Source of the DNA: Callorhinchus milii
Taxonomy: Eukaryota
Length of the DNA stretch: 64,000 nucleotides
Direction: 5' to 3'
Assembly: GCF_018977255.1 (NCBI RefSeq)
Contig: NW_024704742.1
Coordinates: 35,032,001-35,096,000 of the forward strand
The notes beneath the pieces are model-generated. The model saw only the letters and a program-made list of their open reading frames with translations, was not told where the DNA came from and did not search any database. A program made the translations under genes and the position numbers. Positions 25,621-38,434 of this stretch are shown here, in pieces. Each line of letters begins with the position of its first letter. Within the stretch, counting starts at the first letter, position 1.

Positions 25621-26688
25621 GTATGTGTGCAATTACCCAGCGCAGTTATCATCAATCATCTAACCTCAGTCAAAAGTCAGTAACAAATAATAATTCAAGA
25701 GTTGAAGAAAACAGAACAATCTTATTTACTTTACTTTTTAAAGAACCGCACACCGTAATTGGGTAAAATATTCAAATGCTTTGAACGCAGCAAAAGAGTT
25801 CAGTATATGACAGTATATAAGGTGATTAATCAGTGCCAGACAATGTTTGCATAATACACAAAACTAATCCAACTCCCAGGGGCTGCCTCAGTTCTGGCCT
25901 GTATGGAGACCTGGAAGTAGGATCTCCTGCTCACTATCTCACATGAAGACAGCTTTATGGCTTCAAAGGAGAGAGGGAGACATTTAATGTCAAAATGGGA
26001 GTTTTGTCAAGAACACCAATGGGGAACCCCAAAATTTGGTGGTTGGAAAATATCATCTGTGATAATTATCGCATAACATCACACTTTTCATTCCATTCTT
26101 TCATTCAGCTCCCTACGCTACCGTTACGTTAAATAACAACATTCATTAGCCAACGATCAGAGCTATGGCACATAATAGTTTGTGCGATATGCACCTGCGT
26201 ACATGCACATGCACCACTTGCACGCACATAACACACAGATCCTGATGTGAGCCTCACTCGCGCAGAATATTTATTTCGGATCAGTAAAAGGCCAATAATG
26301 TATTTCATTGATCACTCCCAACAACCTCCAGAAACATTACTCAATCACTGTCTCTAGAAATGTGTCTGATTGTCTCGAGGATCTGTTTTCTGCTTCAACG
26401 GCCTACTGTTGTAACTGACTTCCCTCCTCCCTTCTGGTTTTCCAGTTTTGTTTTTAAGTTCTATTCCCCCTTTTATCTGAACTCTTTGCAAAAATGAAAA
26501 TCTTTATCAATCTTCATAATCTTAAACTAGGTTGAATACCTGGATTCTGACCTGAGATTACCTTAAAATGTGATTGTAGTGTCGGCCCCTAAAGTTTAAA
26601 GCATGTAAAGTCGTGTATTTTGTAAACTGTGCAATCTCTCTCCAGTCTGTGCACATTCCTTATACAGAGGTGTGTGTTCATTGTACAG

Positions 26689-26849
26689 GTACCATCGAAA
26701 TACCAGTTATTAGACAGGGGAGTGATTTATCCACATCAACCTCAGTGTGGTGTGCTGCCCGGCCTTCAGATCCTCCGTCTGCTACTCCAGGCATTGACTA
26801 CATCCCCAGCTCCAAGAAGATTGATTTTGCACCAGGCAAGACAGAAGAG
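26689..26849 (+). CDS. FRAS1: FRAS1 window exon 22 (Calx-beta 3: TIEIPVIRQGSDLS...GKTEE)
   Basis: ACAG| acceptor, AG|GTAAGT donor. Confidence 0.96.
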
Positions 26850-27160
26850 GTAAGTTGCTCCCGTTCACAATTAGCATTGCATTCTGTGTTTAAAAGATGC
26901 CGATAACAGCAATTTACACTTAAAGAGCACCTTTTGCTTTGGGAAAATGTCTCAATGCTCAGGTGCCCCAATCAGCTGAGTCAAACGAAAGCCACCATAT
27001 GAATGATATTTGTATTGTATAAAGTGCTTTAGGAAGGCTAACTGGGAACCCAAGCAAGGAGGCAGCTTGTGATTCATGGGAAGGTGGGTGAAAGCACAAT
27101 TAAAGAGGTTGCTTTTCAGGCATTATTTGAAATTTCACCTGGGCCAAGATTTACTATGTT

Positions 27161-27285
27161 TATGTAGCATTTCAGAGCATCCAGAATTTGACAAATTGTT
27201 GAATTCAGTCTGAATTTTGAAGCCATTAAAATTAAGGCAATATTTAAGAATTTGCCAAATTCTGGATGCACTGAAATGCTATATA
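27161..27285. repeat. 125-bp imperfect palindrome (MITE-like, TA ends)
   Basis: About 44-bp arms TATGTAGCATTTCAGAGCATCCAGAATTTGACAAATT / AATTTGCCAAATTCTGGATGCACTGAAATGCTATATA. Confidence 0.75.
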
Positions 27286-27747
27286 TTTAAAAGTAAACCT
27301 AGACCATGGTGGAATTTCTATTCCAATGTGTGTGTTGCCTTGAGAAGATGAGACAATAGAAAGCAAAAGATGGAAACAGTATCTTAAAAGTATGTTTACT
27401 GTACTCCATCAACTGTGAGGATTCTGACTGCTCAATGATGCTGCAGTTTCGTTCATCGTCAGACTCCAATAGAATATAAACATTCAGATTTATTAAGTTT
27501 TTCAGGTGAGCATCTTGGCAAATCAAAGGAGACTTGAAGTTAATCTAAGGGTTCTGCTGTCCAATGCAGAGTATGGGATGTAGGAGGAGATAGCAACATT
27601 AGCAAGGGGCAATGGAAAAAGTATTTTATATTTAAACTGATTCTAGACATAATTTTCTACTTTCAAAAAAAAGAGAAAAAAAGTTGTACTGATAGAAACA
27701 GCTATTTGGTGGCTGACGTTACTCACTCTTGGTTTTATTTCTTGCAG

Positions 27748-27895
27748 ATTTGTACTTTAACTATCCTAGATGATGTGCAGAATCCAATTATTGAAGGGAA
27801 TGAAACTTTTATTATATTCCTGAGCTCAGCACAGGGAGCAGAGCTGGTTAAACCCTACCAGGCCATTGTTGTTATCAATGACACCTATCAGGATG
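27748..27895 (+). CDS. FRAS1: FRAS1 window exon 23 (ICTLTILDDVQNPIIEG...NDTYQD)
   Basis: TGCAG| acceptor, G|GTAAGT donor. Confidence 0.96.
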
Positions 27896-28461
27896 GTAAG
27901 TTGCTTCAGTAACAGCTTAAAACAACAATAGGCATTATTCGGTATCTCCAACCCTTTAATCCTGTAGTCCTGCAAGTAAGCTAGATTTATCTGTTGTGAA
28001 TGAGATCTTATATAACTTAAAACCAAGTTCAGTCACATCTGCCTGTTCAGGTGGACACTAAATAAGCCATGACGCTGTTCAAAAAGTGAAGGGAGTTTCT
28101 CCTGTTGTCCTTGTCAACAGTCTTTCTGTGCACCCCTAGCCCTGTACTGAAATGTCAGTGTGGACAGTGAACTCCGTCACAATATAGTGCTTGAACCCAC
28201 ATATATCGTGCTTGAACCTTCTGACTCTGAGGCGAGAGTGCTACCAGACTGACACCCTACTCTTTTTCCAAATGGCGAATTGGGAATTTCTGGCTTGTTA
28301 GCCAAAGCATTTTGAATTTCAAAACATGGTAACGTTATCTCGGTAAAGTTCCATCAATAAGGATAAAGATCACGAATGAGCGAGATAAATTTACACAAGA
28401 TTAGCTTCGGCATATTTGTAAATAAGGCAACTATGGATTCTAATCTATGTTAATATTTCAG

Positions 28462-28667
28462 TCCCTAGCATGCAATTTGGGAAAGATATCTACATTGTGA
28501 AGGAGAAGGAAAGGGAATTGCACGTTCCTATTATCCGGACTGGTGATCTCAGCTACGAGTCCTCGGTGAGGTGTTATACTCGACAACTGACAGCACAGGT
28601 CATGGAAGACTTTGAGGAAAGAAGGAATTCTGATGATTCCCGCATTACATTCCTGAAGGGGGAAAAG
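28462..28667 (+). CDS. FRAS1: FRAS1 window exon 24 (Calx-beta 4: PSMQFGKD...RITFLKGEK)
   Basis: TTCAG| acceptor, AG|GTAAAG donor. Confidence 0.96.
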
Positions 28668-30296
28668 GTAAAGCCTCTTCGTTTTAAGGAGTATAAGGAG
28701 AAATCTTGCTAATCTAGAAATACTCTAGATGGAAGGGAGTGTGAGTAGTGATACCTTATGGTAATATTGATGCGTCATCTTGCAAGGAGAGAGTCTGGGA
28801 TAGACCAACGATGTGGGATAGGAACATTGAACAGGAGTAGGCCAGGCACCTCAACTCCAATTCCCCGTCTTTGCCTCATACCCAAATTTAGGGTAACAAT
28901 CTAGACCAGCCTGAGAGCAGGGTGGCAAAAATCAACATTGGGTTGCCTTTTTATGATAAATATGAATTCCAACAATTGGTAACCTCTTCATTTTCATCTG
29001 AAAGCTTTTCCATGCTGAGCGGGCGATTCAGCAGGCAGTGGAGAAGAGTATCAGGAGTATGAAGTGCTTATCTCTTTGTGTGTCTCAATACTGAATTAAA
29101 GAGCCTTACAGAAGAGCACTTCAGCCAGTCAGAATGCATCACGTGTGGTGCTATGCAACATAGGGAAGCCTTGTGTATGCCAACTGCTGTGATTTGCTAC
29201 ATAATTGATCCTTTTACAGAATGATCACAGTTGCCTTTCGTCTGAACACAGCCAGCGCCAAGTTTTGCTTCAAATGCCAACAATTTTCCCTTTTCTCTCT
29301 GCCCAATTTCAAGTATTCTGTCCCACATGTCTCATTTCTCCTCGACTTGAAATCAAAACCGATCACCATTGTCTCCCATTCTAACCCTTGCTTTCCCAGG
29401 ACTTCAGAACTGTAGATCTCCTTGTCTTCATCGACCAGTGGGAAGCTTACTAGTGTGCGCATTGGCAAACTCTGTAGTTTTAGCTTGTTAAATTACAGCA
29501 GTACCCCAACAAGCATGGCAAGAGCCAAAGTGTAGGGGATTCTCTATACTTTGGCTCTTGCCGCACTTCCCCTAAACTCTGGGATAAGTAAGCAGATTGT
29601 GTCCCTCTGGTGCTCAGAATGTACACTACACACCAAACAAACAGAATCCACATGTGAAACTCTGAGTAGGTTGGTTTGGAGACTCTTCAATTTTAAAACA
29701 ATTGTCCTAAAGCTAAGACCATGAAGATCTTGGCCGCTGATGTCCACCCAGGAAGAGGAAGGCATCACTGAATAGCAGTCCTCATTGATGTTATCTGATG
29801 TTACCTCATTGATGTTATACCCGATCCGATTGACTTTGTCACTCCAAGATCTCCGCTTTCCTCTATTTGTCTACCTAACGAACTGAAAAGATGTATTATT
29901 GTTCCTCTTCTTCCTGCATCAGTGAAACACTGCAGCGAGTCTCAGTCAGTTTAACAAGTTGCAGAACGCCCAGCTCATTCACCAGAAACCTTCAGTCTTT
30001 ATCTGATGGTTCATCAAGAAGTCAGAAATAACACAGGAAATATTCCTCTGCTTGAATCATCACATGACCCAGAAAATGACAGCTTATGTTGGGTTCTTTT
30101 GCAGAGGCAGCCTGTTATTTTGACGCCTGAGGTTCACAAATAGGGCTGGAACTTCAGCGTGTGGTCAGTTGTTCTGTCGATGGCTCTAGCAGAAGTTTGT
30201 TTTTGAAATTAAAGATTAGAGCTGAAACTGCTCCGCGCTCACAATTCTGAGGAGCATGATCCTCCTATTGTCTAATGTTTATCTTTGAATGAGCAG

Positions 30297-30453
30297 GTGA
30301 AGAATTGCACTGTGTTAATAAATGACGACACCGTCTTTGAGCCAGAGGAAAGGTTTCAGCTACAACTTGGTAACCCACTGGGCAGCCACTGGAGTGGAGC
30401 CAAACTTGGAAACAACGACATCGCCATCGTGACTATCTCAAATGATGAAGATG
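30297..30453 (+). CDS. FRAS1: FRAS1 window exon 25 (VKNCTVLINDD...ISNDED)
   Basis: GCAG| acceptor, G|GTATGC donor. Confidence 0.96.
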
Positions 30454-30514
30454 GTATGCTGCTGCTTTTTGCAGGGGAAATTTTCTTTTGTAAAATTATA
30501 ATAACTGACGTAGT

Positions 30515-30890
30515 CTCGGCTGACACTCCTGTGCAGTGGTTGGCAGGCGGGGGCGGGGCGGGGGCGGAGTTGGCGGGAGGTGTTGCATTGTCAGAGATGC
30601 TGTCCTTCAGATGAGACATTCAATCCAAGGTCTCATCTGCCTTGTTAGGTGGATGTTAAATATTCTCATGACACTATTTGGAGAGAGAAGGGAGTTTCTC
30701 CTGGTGTTCTGGCCAACAATCCCCCAATAAAATTGGTCATTCACTTCATAGACATTGCTGTGCTCAAATAGATTGCCGTGTTTGACGACAAATACACACC
30801 ATCACTGTATTTTACAGTATATCCTATGAAGCACTTTGAGCCATCCTGACATAAAAGGGGCTATATGCATGGATTATTATTTATTATTAT
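30515..30890 (+). mobile_element. Deu-like SINE
   Basis: Core and tail homologous to the 24282 copy. Confidence 0.72.
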
Positions 30891-31026
30891 TGTAAATAAT
30901 TATTGTAAAGTATTTTGATACTTTACTTTTCTACTTGAAAAGCTGTAGAAATGCAATTTATATATATTTCCTCTTAGTTGTTTTTATTATTTTGCTTATT
31001 TTCTTTCCTTTGTGAAAATGTTTCAG

Positions 31027-31227
31027 CTCCAATAATTGAATTTGAGGAAGCGATTTACCAAGTGCACGAACCCCCAGGGCCAGATGGCATTGCTATACTA
31101 AATGTCAAGGTCATCAGGAAAGGAGACCAGGACAGGACCTCAAAGGTTCGCTGTAGCACTCGGGATGGATCCGCCCAGTCAGGTGTAGACTACAACCCCA
31201 AGAGCAGGGTCCTTAAGTTTATTCCTG
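31027..31227 (+). CDS. FRAS1: FRAS1 window exon 26 (Calx-beta 5: PIIEFEEA...SRVLKFIP)
   Basis: TTCAG| acceptor, G|GTAAGT donor. Confidence 0.96.
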
Positions 31228-32258
31228 GTAAGTATTTTGGTGTTAGAAAGTCTAAAGCAGTTTGAAACCAGAATGCTCTTTCTATCAGAGGGTGATTTGG
31301 TGAATTTCTATGCAATCTCTCAATCAGTTCTATTGTCTATATTTTAAAGAAGCAGCAGTGGATAAATATATTCTTGTCAGAAATAACTTTACATGTTACA
31401 GTGTTGTGATGTCTGGAGCTGTGTGTAATAGCACCAGTTTAACTAACACTGCTATAGTCCAGACAAAGCATTAGGTCACCAGAATAGTTAGGTTGCATAG
31501 GTTCCCATCTAACATAATAATTCACAGGTACAGAACAAACCAAGGAACCAAACCATTAGATGCAGGATTAGAATAACCAAATAAAGCAATAAAACTAAAG
31601 GCTTATAATATACAATCGGCAGATGGGCTTTCAGACTTTCTGCTCCCCAAACTCTGGAACTCCATCCCGGAACCCCTCCGCCTCGACTCTTCCCTTGCCT
31701 CCTTCAAGGCCCAACTCAAGATCTTCCTCTTCGACCGTGCCTCCTTTCACTCTTCTTGTGATTGTCTTTTAACTCCGAGGCACTGCCTCCCCTGCTAGTG
31801 GAAATTCTGTCATGCGAAGAACACGTGCAAATAGAAAGTTGGAGGTCCACGCACTACATTTTGGATTTAAATTTAACTTCTTGGAGAGTTATTGGGAAAT
31901 CACAGTTATTGGTGACCGTGAACTTGTTGGAAGGGCTGAGCCCTTTTGTAACTTTAAACTACGTTGTGTCTATTTACCAGACATGGGATCCCTTACTATG
32001 GGTCGCGACATTTTGTTTGCTTAAAAAAATTTGGATAAAAAACTGCTGCAACTAAGTCTGTTTTATTTTCTATAATAAATGTAAGATAATATGTAAATGA
32101 ATTTAATAAACATACAGAGTGTCCATGTCTACTTGTGCTTCTGAACAGAGGAAGAGGATCCGAACAGTCTCTAACTGTTATCAATCTTATAATAATAATA
32201 ATAATAATAATATTCTCTTCCCCTCCTCCCCTGACATCTCCTCACTCCGCCTACCCAG

Positions 32259-32446
32259 GTATTGACCATATAATATTCAAAGTGGAAATCCTATCCAATG
32301 AGGACCGAGAGTGGCATGAGTCGTTCTCTCTGGTCCTGGGACCAGACGATCCGGTCGAGGCAATACTTGGCGATGTCATCACAGCCACAGTGACCATCAT
32401 TGACCAGGAGGCAGCAGGGAGTCTGATTTTGCCAGCCCCACCTATA
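32259..32446 (+). CDS. FRAS1: FRAS1 window exon 27 (IDHIIFKVEILSNEDREWHES...LPAPPI)
   Basis: CCAG| acceptor, |GTAAGT donor. Confidence 0.96.
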
Positions 32447-33294
32447 GTAAGTGTGTGCGTGATTTGACAGTTGACTAATTTTTACTGAATCTTCACTGGG
32501 TCATTACTTCAGGTTCTGTGGGATGATCCATCCCATTTATATTCTCTGAGTCGTTCTGCGGTCATGCTATTTGTATGTATTTGTGTCTGTGCATTCTCCA
32601 GTCGTTGCACATGCATACATCAAACGCTGACTGTGAACACAGACAACCTTTGTTTTTTAAGTTTTTTTTGTTTATTTTTATTTCCTGAGAAGAAGGCCCA
32701 GGGAGATCCAAGTTGGTACAGCAAGGTTGGACATGGCAGAAAATCTGACCATTATTTACAAGAGCTACTCTATGTCTCCATATCAAAAAGCTAGCACCAA
32801 ATTAGGCTACAATACTCTGGGATCAATTTAGATTGTAGAAACGAGTGACTTTACATGAACAGCTGTAGTTCATATGCAAATAGATGTTGACATCTGTTAC
32901 AGTGTAAGTAGAGCTTGCGTCCAATTTCAGTTGCCACATTCCAAGCAAGTCTTGAGAGAAAGTGACTTAATGAGGACCCCATAAAGGTGTTTAATATTTT
33001 AAATGGGATTGAAAGAATAAACCTGGATGTGCCATGTTAGTAGAACAAGAGAACATAGGTTTAGAGTTACAAAGGACAGATACCAACAAATTTAATTGAT
33101 GACTCTAATAGGTTGCCAGGAAGTGTGGTTGGGGCCCGGACACTGGACTCATTTAAAAAGCAACTTATGTTGTTATGAAAGGAATGTCGAGTGATATTCG
33201 GTGAGATCAGATGGGCCGAAGGGCTTTCTTCATCCAAACCAGTCTTGTAATTTTCTGATTACCTGACTTGTGCTGATAGTTACTGATGTTAAAT

Positions 33295-33860
33295 CTCCAG
33301 TCTTCCCAAATGTTCCCTCCACAAGCTGCAGTCCATCAAGAACTCTGCAGCTCGTGTTCTCTCCTGCACTAGGCTCCGCAAACCCATCACCCTCGTCCTC
33401 GCCCGGCTCTACTGAACCCCATCCCCCAGAGGATCGCGTTCAAGATCCTCGTCCTCAATTTTTAAAGTCCTCCACAGTCTTGACTCGCCTACCTCTGTTA
33501 CCTTCTAAACCCCTACCTACCCACCCACTCCCTCCACTCAGTAGGCACCGACCTTCTTTAATGTCTCCTGCCCTGCCCACCCCACAATCAGCAGTCAGGC
33601 ATTAAACCTATCTGCCACACTGTCTGGAACTCCACCACAGAATCCCTCCTACTCACCCCTTGTCTCGCCTCCTTCAAGGTCTGGCTCAAGATCTTCCTCT
33701 TTGACTACAACTTTGGTCATCTGCCCTTCCCACCACCACACCTTGGCCTCCATCCCTCCCGAATCCAACCTGCAGCTCAGGTGGAAACCCTCGACTGTCC
33801 AGTGCCTTGGGACATCTTCCTAAAGTGGAAGGTGCTATATAAATACGTTGTTGTTGCTGT
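33295..33860 (+). mobile_element. L2 LINE 3' fragment
   Basis: Homologous to 55600-56140; (TTG)n tail. Confidence 0.85.
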
Positions 33861-34303
33861 AGTGGAGACATTCAAACTTTATAAAAGAATATCCTGTGGC
33901 TTGTGAAAATGGGGTCTAAAATACACTTGTGATACTGGCTGGCATTTTACTTTCAATCTATTTCTCAACTGAGAAAAAGCCCCCAAAAGAACGATGAGAA
34001 TGTCAAATATCCTTTGCCAGTGTTCAAGATTGTTATTTTTTTTAAGCTCAATTTCAGGCAGAATTTGTCACGATTAGCGCAAGATGTCTGGTTTGCAAAT
34101 GCCATATTTTAGATTCCCAATTTAAAGTTGAACATATTTGATACGTACACAATCAATAGAATCCTTTCAGGTTGAAAGCGAGAGGTGGATATTTGTATTC
34201 AAACATAAAAATTGCTATTAATGTAAATTCAAAAATGGAAGTATTACATTGAAACGTGATTTTGTGTCTTACCCCAAACCTTTCTTTGCTTATTTTGCTC
34301 TAG

Positions 34304-34579
34304 GTTGTATCTTTAGCTGACTACGAGCATGTTGAAGAGGTGACAAAAGAAGGGAGCAAGAAGACACCATCTCCCGGCTATCCACTGGTGTGCGTGACAC
34401 CATGTGACCCACACTTTCCTAAGTTCGCTGTTATGAAAGAACGCTGTGTTGAAGCAGGAATTAATCAATCTTCTGTCCGCTTCAGCTGGGAGGTGGCAGC
34501 ACCCACAGACACAAGTGGTGCCAGATCTCCCTTTGAGACAGTGACAGATAACACCCCTTTCACCAGTGTCAATCATATG
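34304..34579 (+). CDS. FRAS1: FRAS1 window exon 28 (VVSLADYEH...PGYPLVCVTPCDPH...TSVNHM)
   Basis: CTAG| acceptor, TG|GTAAGT donor. Confidence 0.96.
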
Positions 34580-35844
34580 GTAAGTACAACCACACGTGGC
34601 TGTTGAAGGGCAGTGTTTCAACAGGAATTTCTTACCTCAAGTCCCACATCCCTATTAAACCAGTGAAATCAGATTTTATCACTCTCGAGGCAGCCCAAAA
34701 CTGCATGTTCATCACAGGCCTTACATAGCAATTGGTAACTTGCACATAAGAGAGGAGCACAGGGCAATGATGCATTTTGCAGAAGTAAGAGCACTTTATT
34801 TAAGTTCCTGTTACCCAATCTGACTGTAAGGCCAAGGGTTCCCAGCTCCAAGCATACCTTTACATACTTGTATCTTAACTTCAGCCAGTTTATGGGATTA
34901 TAAACCCCAGTTAAGGATTCCACACACACTAAAGTCACATTTGCATACTGTTGATTTCTATTAGTGAATGGATTACTCTACTTTTACTGATTATACCTCA
35001 CTTTTCTTCAGACTATCTTACTTGATATTCTCTGGTTATTTGTTTCATGAATCTACTTGTACTATTTGCTTAGGTGACTTTCCATGATAATTTATATCTG
35101 TTACACTTTGTATGAAATGGATTTTACTGTTGAAGTGAAAATGTTCACGCTAGTATTTTAGGGCGAGGGTGTGTGATTATCTGACCAAAGCAACCATGAA
35201 AAAAACAAATTTGATAATTGGGTAACCTGTTTAAGAAAACAACCACTGCAGTTTGAAAGACTTGTTTACATGTAAATTCTGTACGGCTATTGTAAAACTG
35301 CATGTAAATTGTACTTCTCAGAGTTGACCAACAGGCGTCACCGTTTCATAAATTCTCTTAGAAACGAAGATTGAACCCTATTTTAAGCCAGATCTGTAGT
35401 CGATAAAAGGAATGAATTTGTCTTACAAAAGCAAACTATTCTCAGTCATTCTAATGTGAAAGTTTTCAATAAAACAAAAGCAAATGCTGAAAACTGTGCA
35501 GTGAGAATAATAGTTACAACCAAATCTTCCACTGGTACATGTGTTATCACTCATATTTAAAGTCATTTTTTTATCCATATACTGAAATGCTGGATGTTTT
35601 GGGGGTGTTATTTTTTCTAATATTTTCTTTGTGAAGTGCATTTGGGTAGTCTCAGCTCAGATCTTATTAGGCATGGGTGTGTACCATAAAACTGGCCAAA
35701 GTTTATCATAATTGTACACTAAACAGGGGATCTCCTGCAGAGGTGGTTGGGTTAGGAGAACACTACTCAATACGATCTGTTACTTTCTATTACTAAAACT
35801 TCAAAAAAAGTAATGATTCTATTTTTCACTTCTCCCCCACCAAG

Positions 35845-36077
35845 GTCCTAGACAGTATCTACTTCAGCCGTCGTTTCCACGTGCGTTGTGTTGCAAAAGC
35901 AGTTGACAAAGCTGGTCACGTTGGGACACCACTAAGGAGCAATATAGTCACCATAGGAACAGATAGCAGTATCTGCCACACGCCTGTAGTGGCAGGGACA
36001 GCCAGAGGGTTCCAGGCTCAATCGTTTATTGCAACTCTGAAGTACTTAGATGTGAAGCACAAGGAACATCCCAATAG
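35845..36077 (+). CDS. FRAS1: FRAS1 window exon 29 (VLDSIYFSRRFHVRC...HKEHPN)
   Basis: CAAG| acceptor, AG|GTACTG donor. Confidence 0.96.
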
Positions 36078-36250
36078 GTACTGTAACGTTACGATGTAAC
36101 AACCTGTGGAGTCTAAAATGCGACCTTCTCAAGCCTTAAGTCTTTGCTTTAAATAGAAAAATGCCAGCAACCAAAATACTGTGAAAGACACAGCATTTTG
36201 CTCATTGACTATTTTTGCGGACTTTGCCAGCTTTGAGTTTCGCTGGTTTA

Positions 36251-36548
36251 AGGAGTCCTGTGATAGAGTGGTTAAAGCACTCGCCTCACAAGTGAGAGAC
36301 CTGGGTTTGATTCCCGGCAGGGCGAAACCTTGGGCACGTTTCCTGATAATAACCCTTTGAGAAAAAAACAATAATAAAATTGTCACTTCAATCCACGACT
36401 GTTTGTGGGACACTGATGTGCGCAATTGGCTGCCGCGTTTCGCCCACACATATACAGTCAATTCATTTTACAGTCTATTCTGTGAAGAGCTTTGAGACGT
36501 CTAGAAGACGTGAAAAACGCTATATCAAATGCAAGGATTATCATTATT
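36251..36548 (+). mobile_element. Second tRNA-derived SINE family with L2-like tail
   Basis: GGAGTCCTGT...AGTGGTTAAAGCACTCGCC...CTGGGTTTGATTCCC head; tail GCTATATCAAATGCAAGGATTA. Confidence 0.8.
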
Positions 36549-37161
36549 ACCAATCTTGCAAACTGGATATTGCAATCTGTAACTCCTAATATCACAGTTT
36601 ATACCCCGTGAGAGCATCATCTTCCACTGGGCCAATTTCAGGCAGCAGCGAACCATCCAGCCTGTCATCCAGTTTCCCACAAGGTTTTCTTCATTGTATC
36701 TATCTCACTACCTGCCGGTGCTTATATAGTAGCGCAGCCTTTCCAGATAGAAATGTAGAATGTTACTTGTCCACTGAGTGCATATGTCCTTCAGCACATT
36801 ATTGGTAACTAAATTCGAGTACTGAAGCAATGTCTTTCATTACCTCAGTCTCTTTGCTCTTCTTTTAATTACTATGAGTATCACTCGGCTTTCATAGTAA
36901 TTAAAGAGAGGGAAAGCAGCCGTGTAATGAAACAAATGGCATCACCGCTGGCACTGTGGTGTCCTTTGATTAGAGTCAGTTTATCTTTGTGGTGAGGGGA
37001 TGTTCTTTTCTGATATACAGCACACAAGAAAGATCAGAGCAGCTGCACATCCTGTTCTAAAAGAACTAAGGTCAGAATACTCTATTGGAGACTGGTAATT
37101 TCAGTACTGATGTACCTTAAATAGTAAGCTAATATTGGGCTTTAAAAAGCACTGTAAGGAA

Positions 37162-37310
37162 CACAGGGTTCCAGGCTTAGTTGTTTGTTGCAACACTAAA
37201 GTACTGAAGCACAATGAACATCTCCATAGGTACAGAAAGGAATTGGATCAGCAATATAACGATATAATAAAGGCCTAAAATCTGACATCCTCAAGCTTGA
37301 TGTTGTTTTA
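37162..37310 (+). pseudogene. Decayed duplicate of the 3' part of FRAS1 window exon 29 plus adjacent intron
   Basis: 37162-37233 aligns to 36003-36081 with a 7-nt deletion and an in-frame TAG; weaker similarity continues into the intron. Confidence 0.8.
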
Positions 37311-37855
37311 ATTGAGACTTTTACTTTGTAAATATTCTATTATGAGATTACAAAACAGCAAATCGCAAATACCAAGCCGGCAAAGTAAAAAAAATGTGAT
37401 ATGGCACTATATCAAATTTAAGGATTATTAGCTCAGGATGTAAAATGAGTGAAACCCAGAGAAGCCCACATTCACACTGTCCCACATGATCTCAGCTATA
37501 ATGAGATCTCTGGTTGGACTTGAGTATTTGTCGATCTGAATTGTCATAACAATCATGGGTTCTTAGCACGAGATGTACTTGATATCCCAAGGTGCAGTTT
37601 CCACCATGAGATACCATTTACACAGTTGTTTTCCCGACTAACATATGGAAAACTGCTGTGCTTCATCAGCTGTTAAAGTGATCCATGTTTGTGGCATAGT
37701 TTACCTGGATATGTAAATTGCCTAAAGCATCGATATACCAATTGCCTGTGTTGACTACTGTACTCTGAATATTATGGATTGTTTTTTTTCCCCCATTCAA
37801 ACAAGCAGAGTGGATAAACAGGCCTATGGATTTATTTTTCATTTATTTTGCACAG

Positions 37856-38016
37856 AATCCATATTTCGGTGCAGATCCCTCACCAGGATGGGATGCTGCC
37901 TCTCGTCTCCACCATGCCCCTGCATAACCTGCATTTCCTCCTGTCGGAGTCCATCTACAGACACCAGCACATCTGCTCCAATCTGGTGACACTCAAAGAC
38001 CTCAAGAGTATCACAG
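37856..38016 (+). CDS. FRAS1: FRAS1 window exon 30 (IHISVQIPHQDGMLPL...DLKSIT)
   Basis: ACAG| acceptor, AG|GTAGGG donor. Confidence 0.96.
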
Positions 38017-38434
38017 GTAGGGTGCAAAAGCCAGCAACAAAATCAACTTGCATTTATAGAGCGCCCCTTATGCAGGGTAGAGTCCCAGAACGCTTTAGGA
38101 AATGCAATGTAAGGCTAGTTTTTTGCTGCTATGTTTCTTCTGTATGAACATAACATTAAAACCTTTTCAACAAACTGTTCGCCTTCCGGATGTGATGCTA
38201 CATTGATGTTTGCCTGTTCAGGTAGATGTTAAAGATTCCATTACACTATTGGAAAAAAAAACTGTTCTCAGTGTCCTGGCCAACAGTCCTCCAGATCAAT
38301 TTTTTTAACCTCATGGCTATAAGACCTTATTGGCTCAAATCACTGCTGCTTTTATTTACAAAGACAGTCACTGGGAAGAGCTTTGACAGGTTTTGACACA
38401 ATGTTCTCTAAAAATCCACTTTATTTTCTCATGG

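Noticed and set aside
36251..36330. tRNA gene
   Set aside because: The tRNA-like A/B boxes run straight into a SINE body and tail found at several loci.
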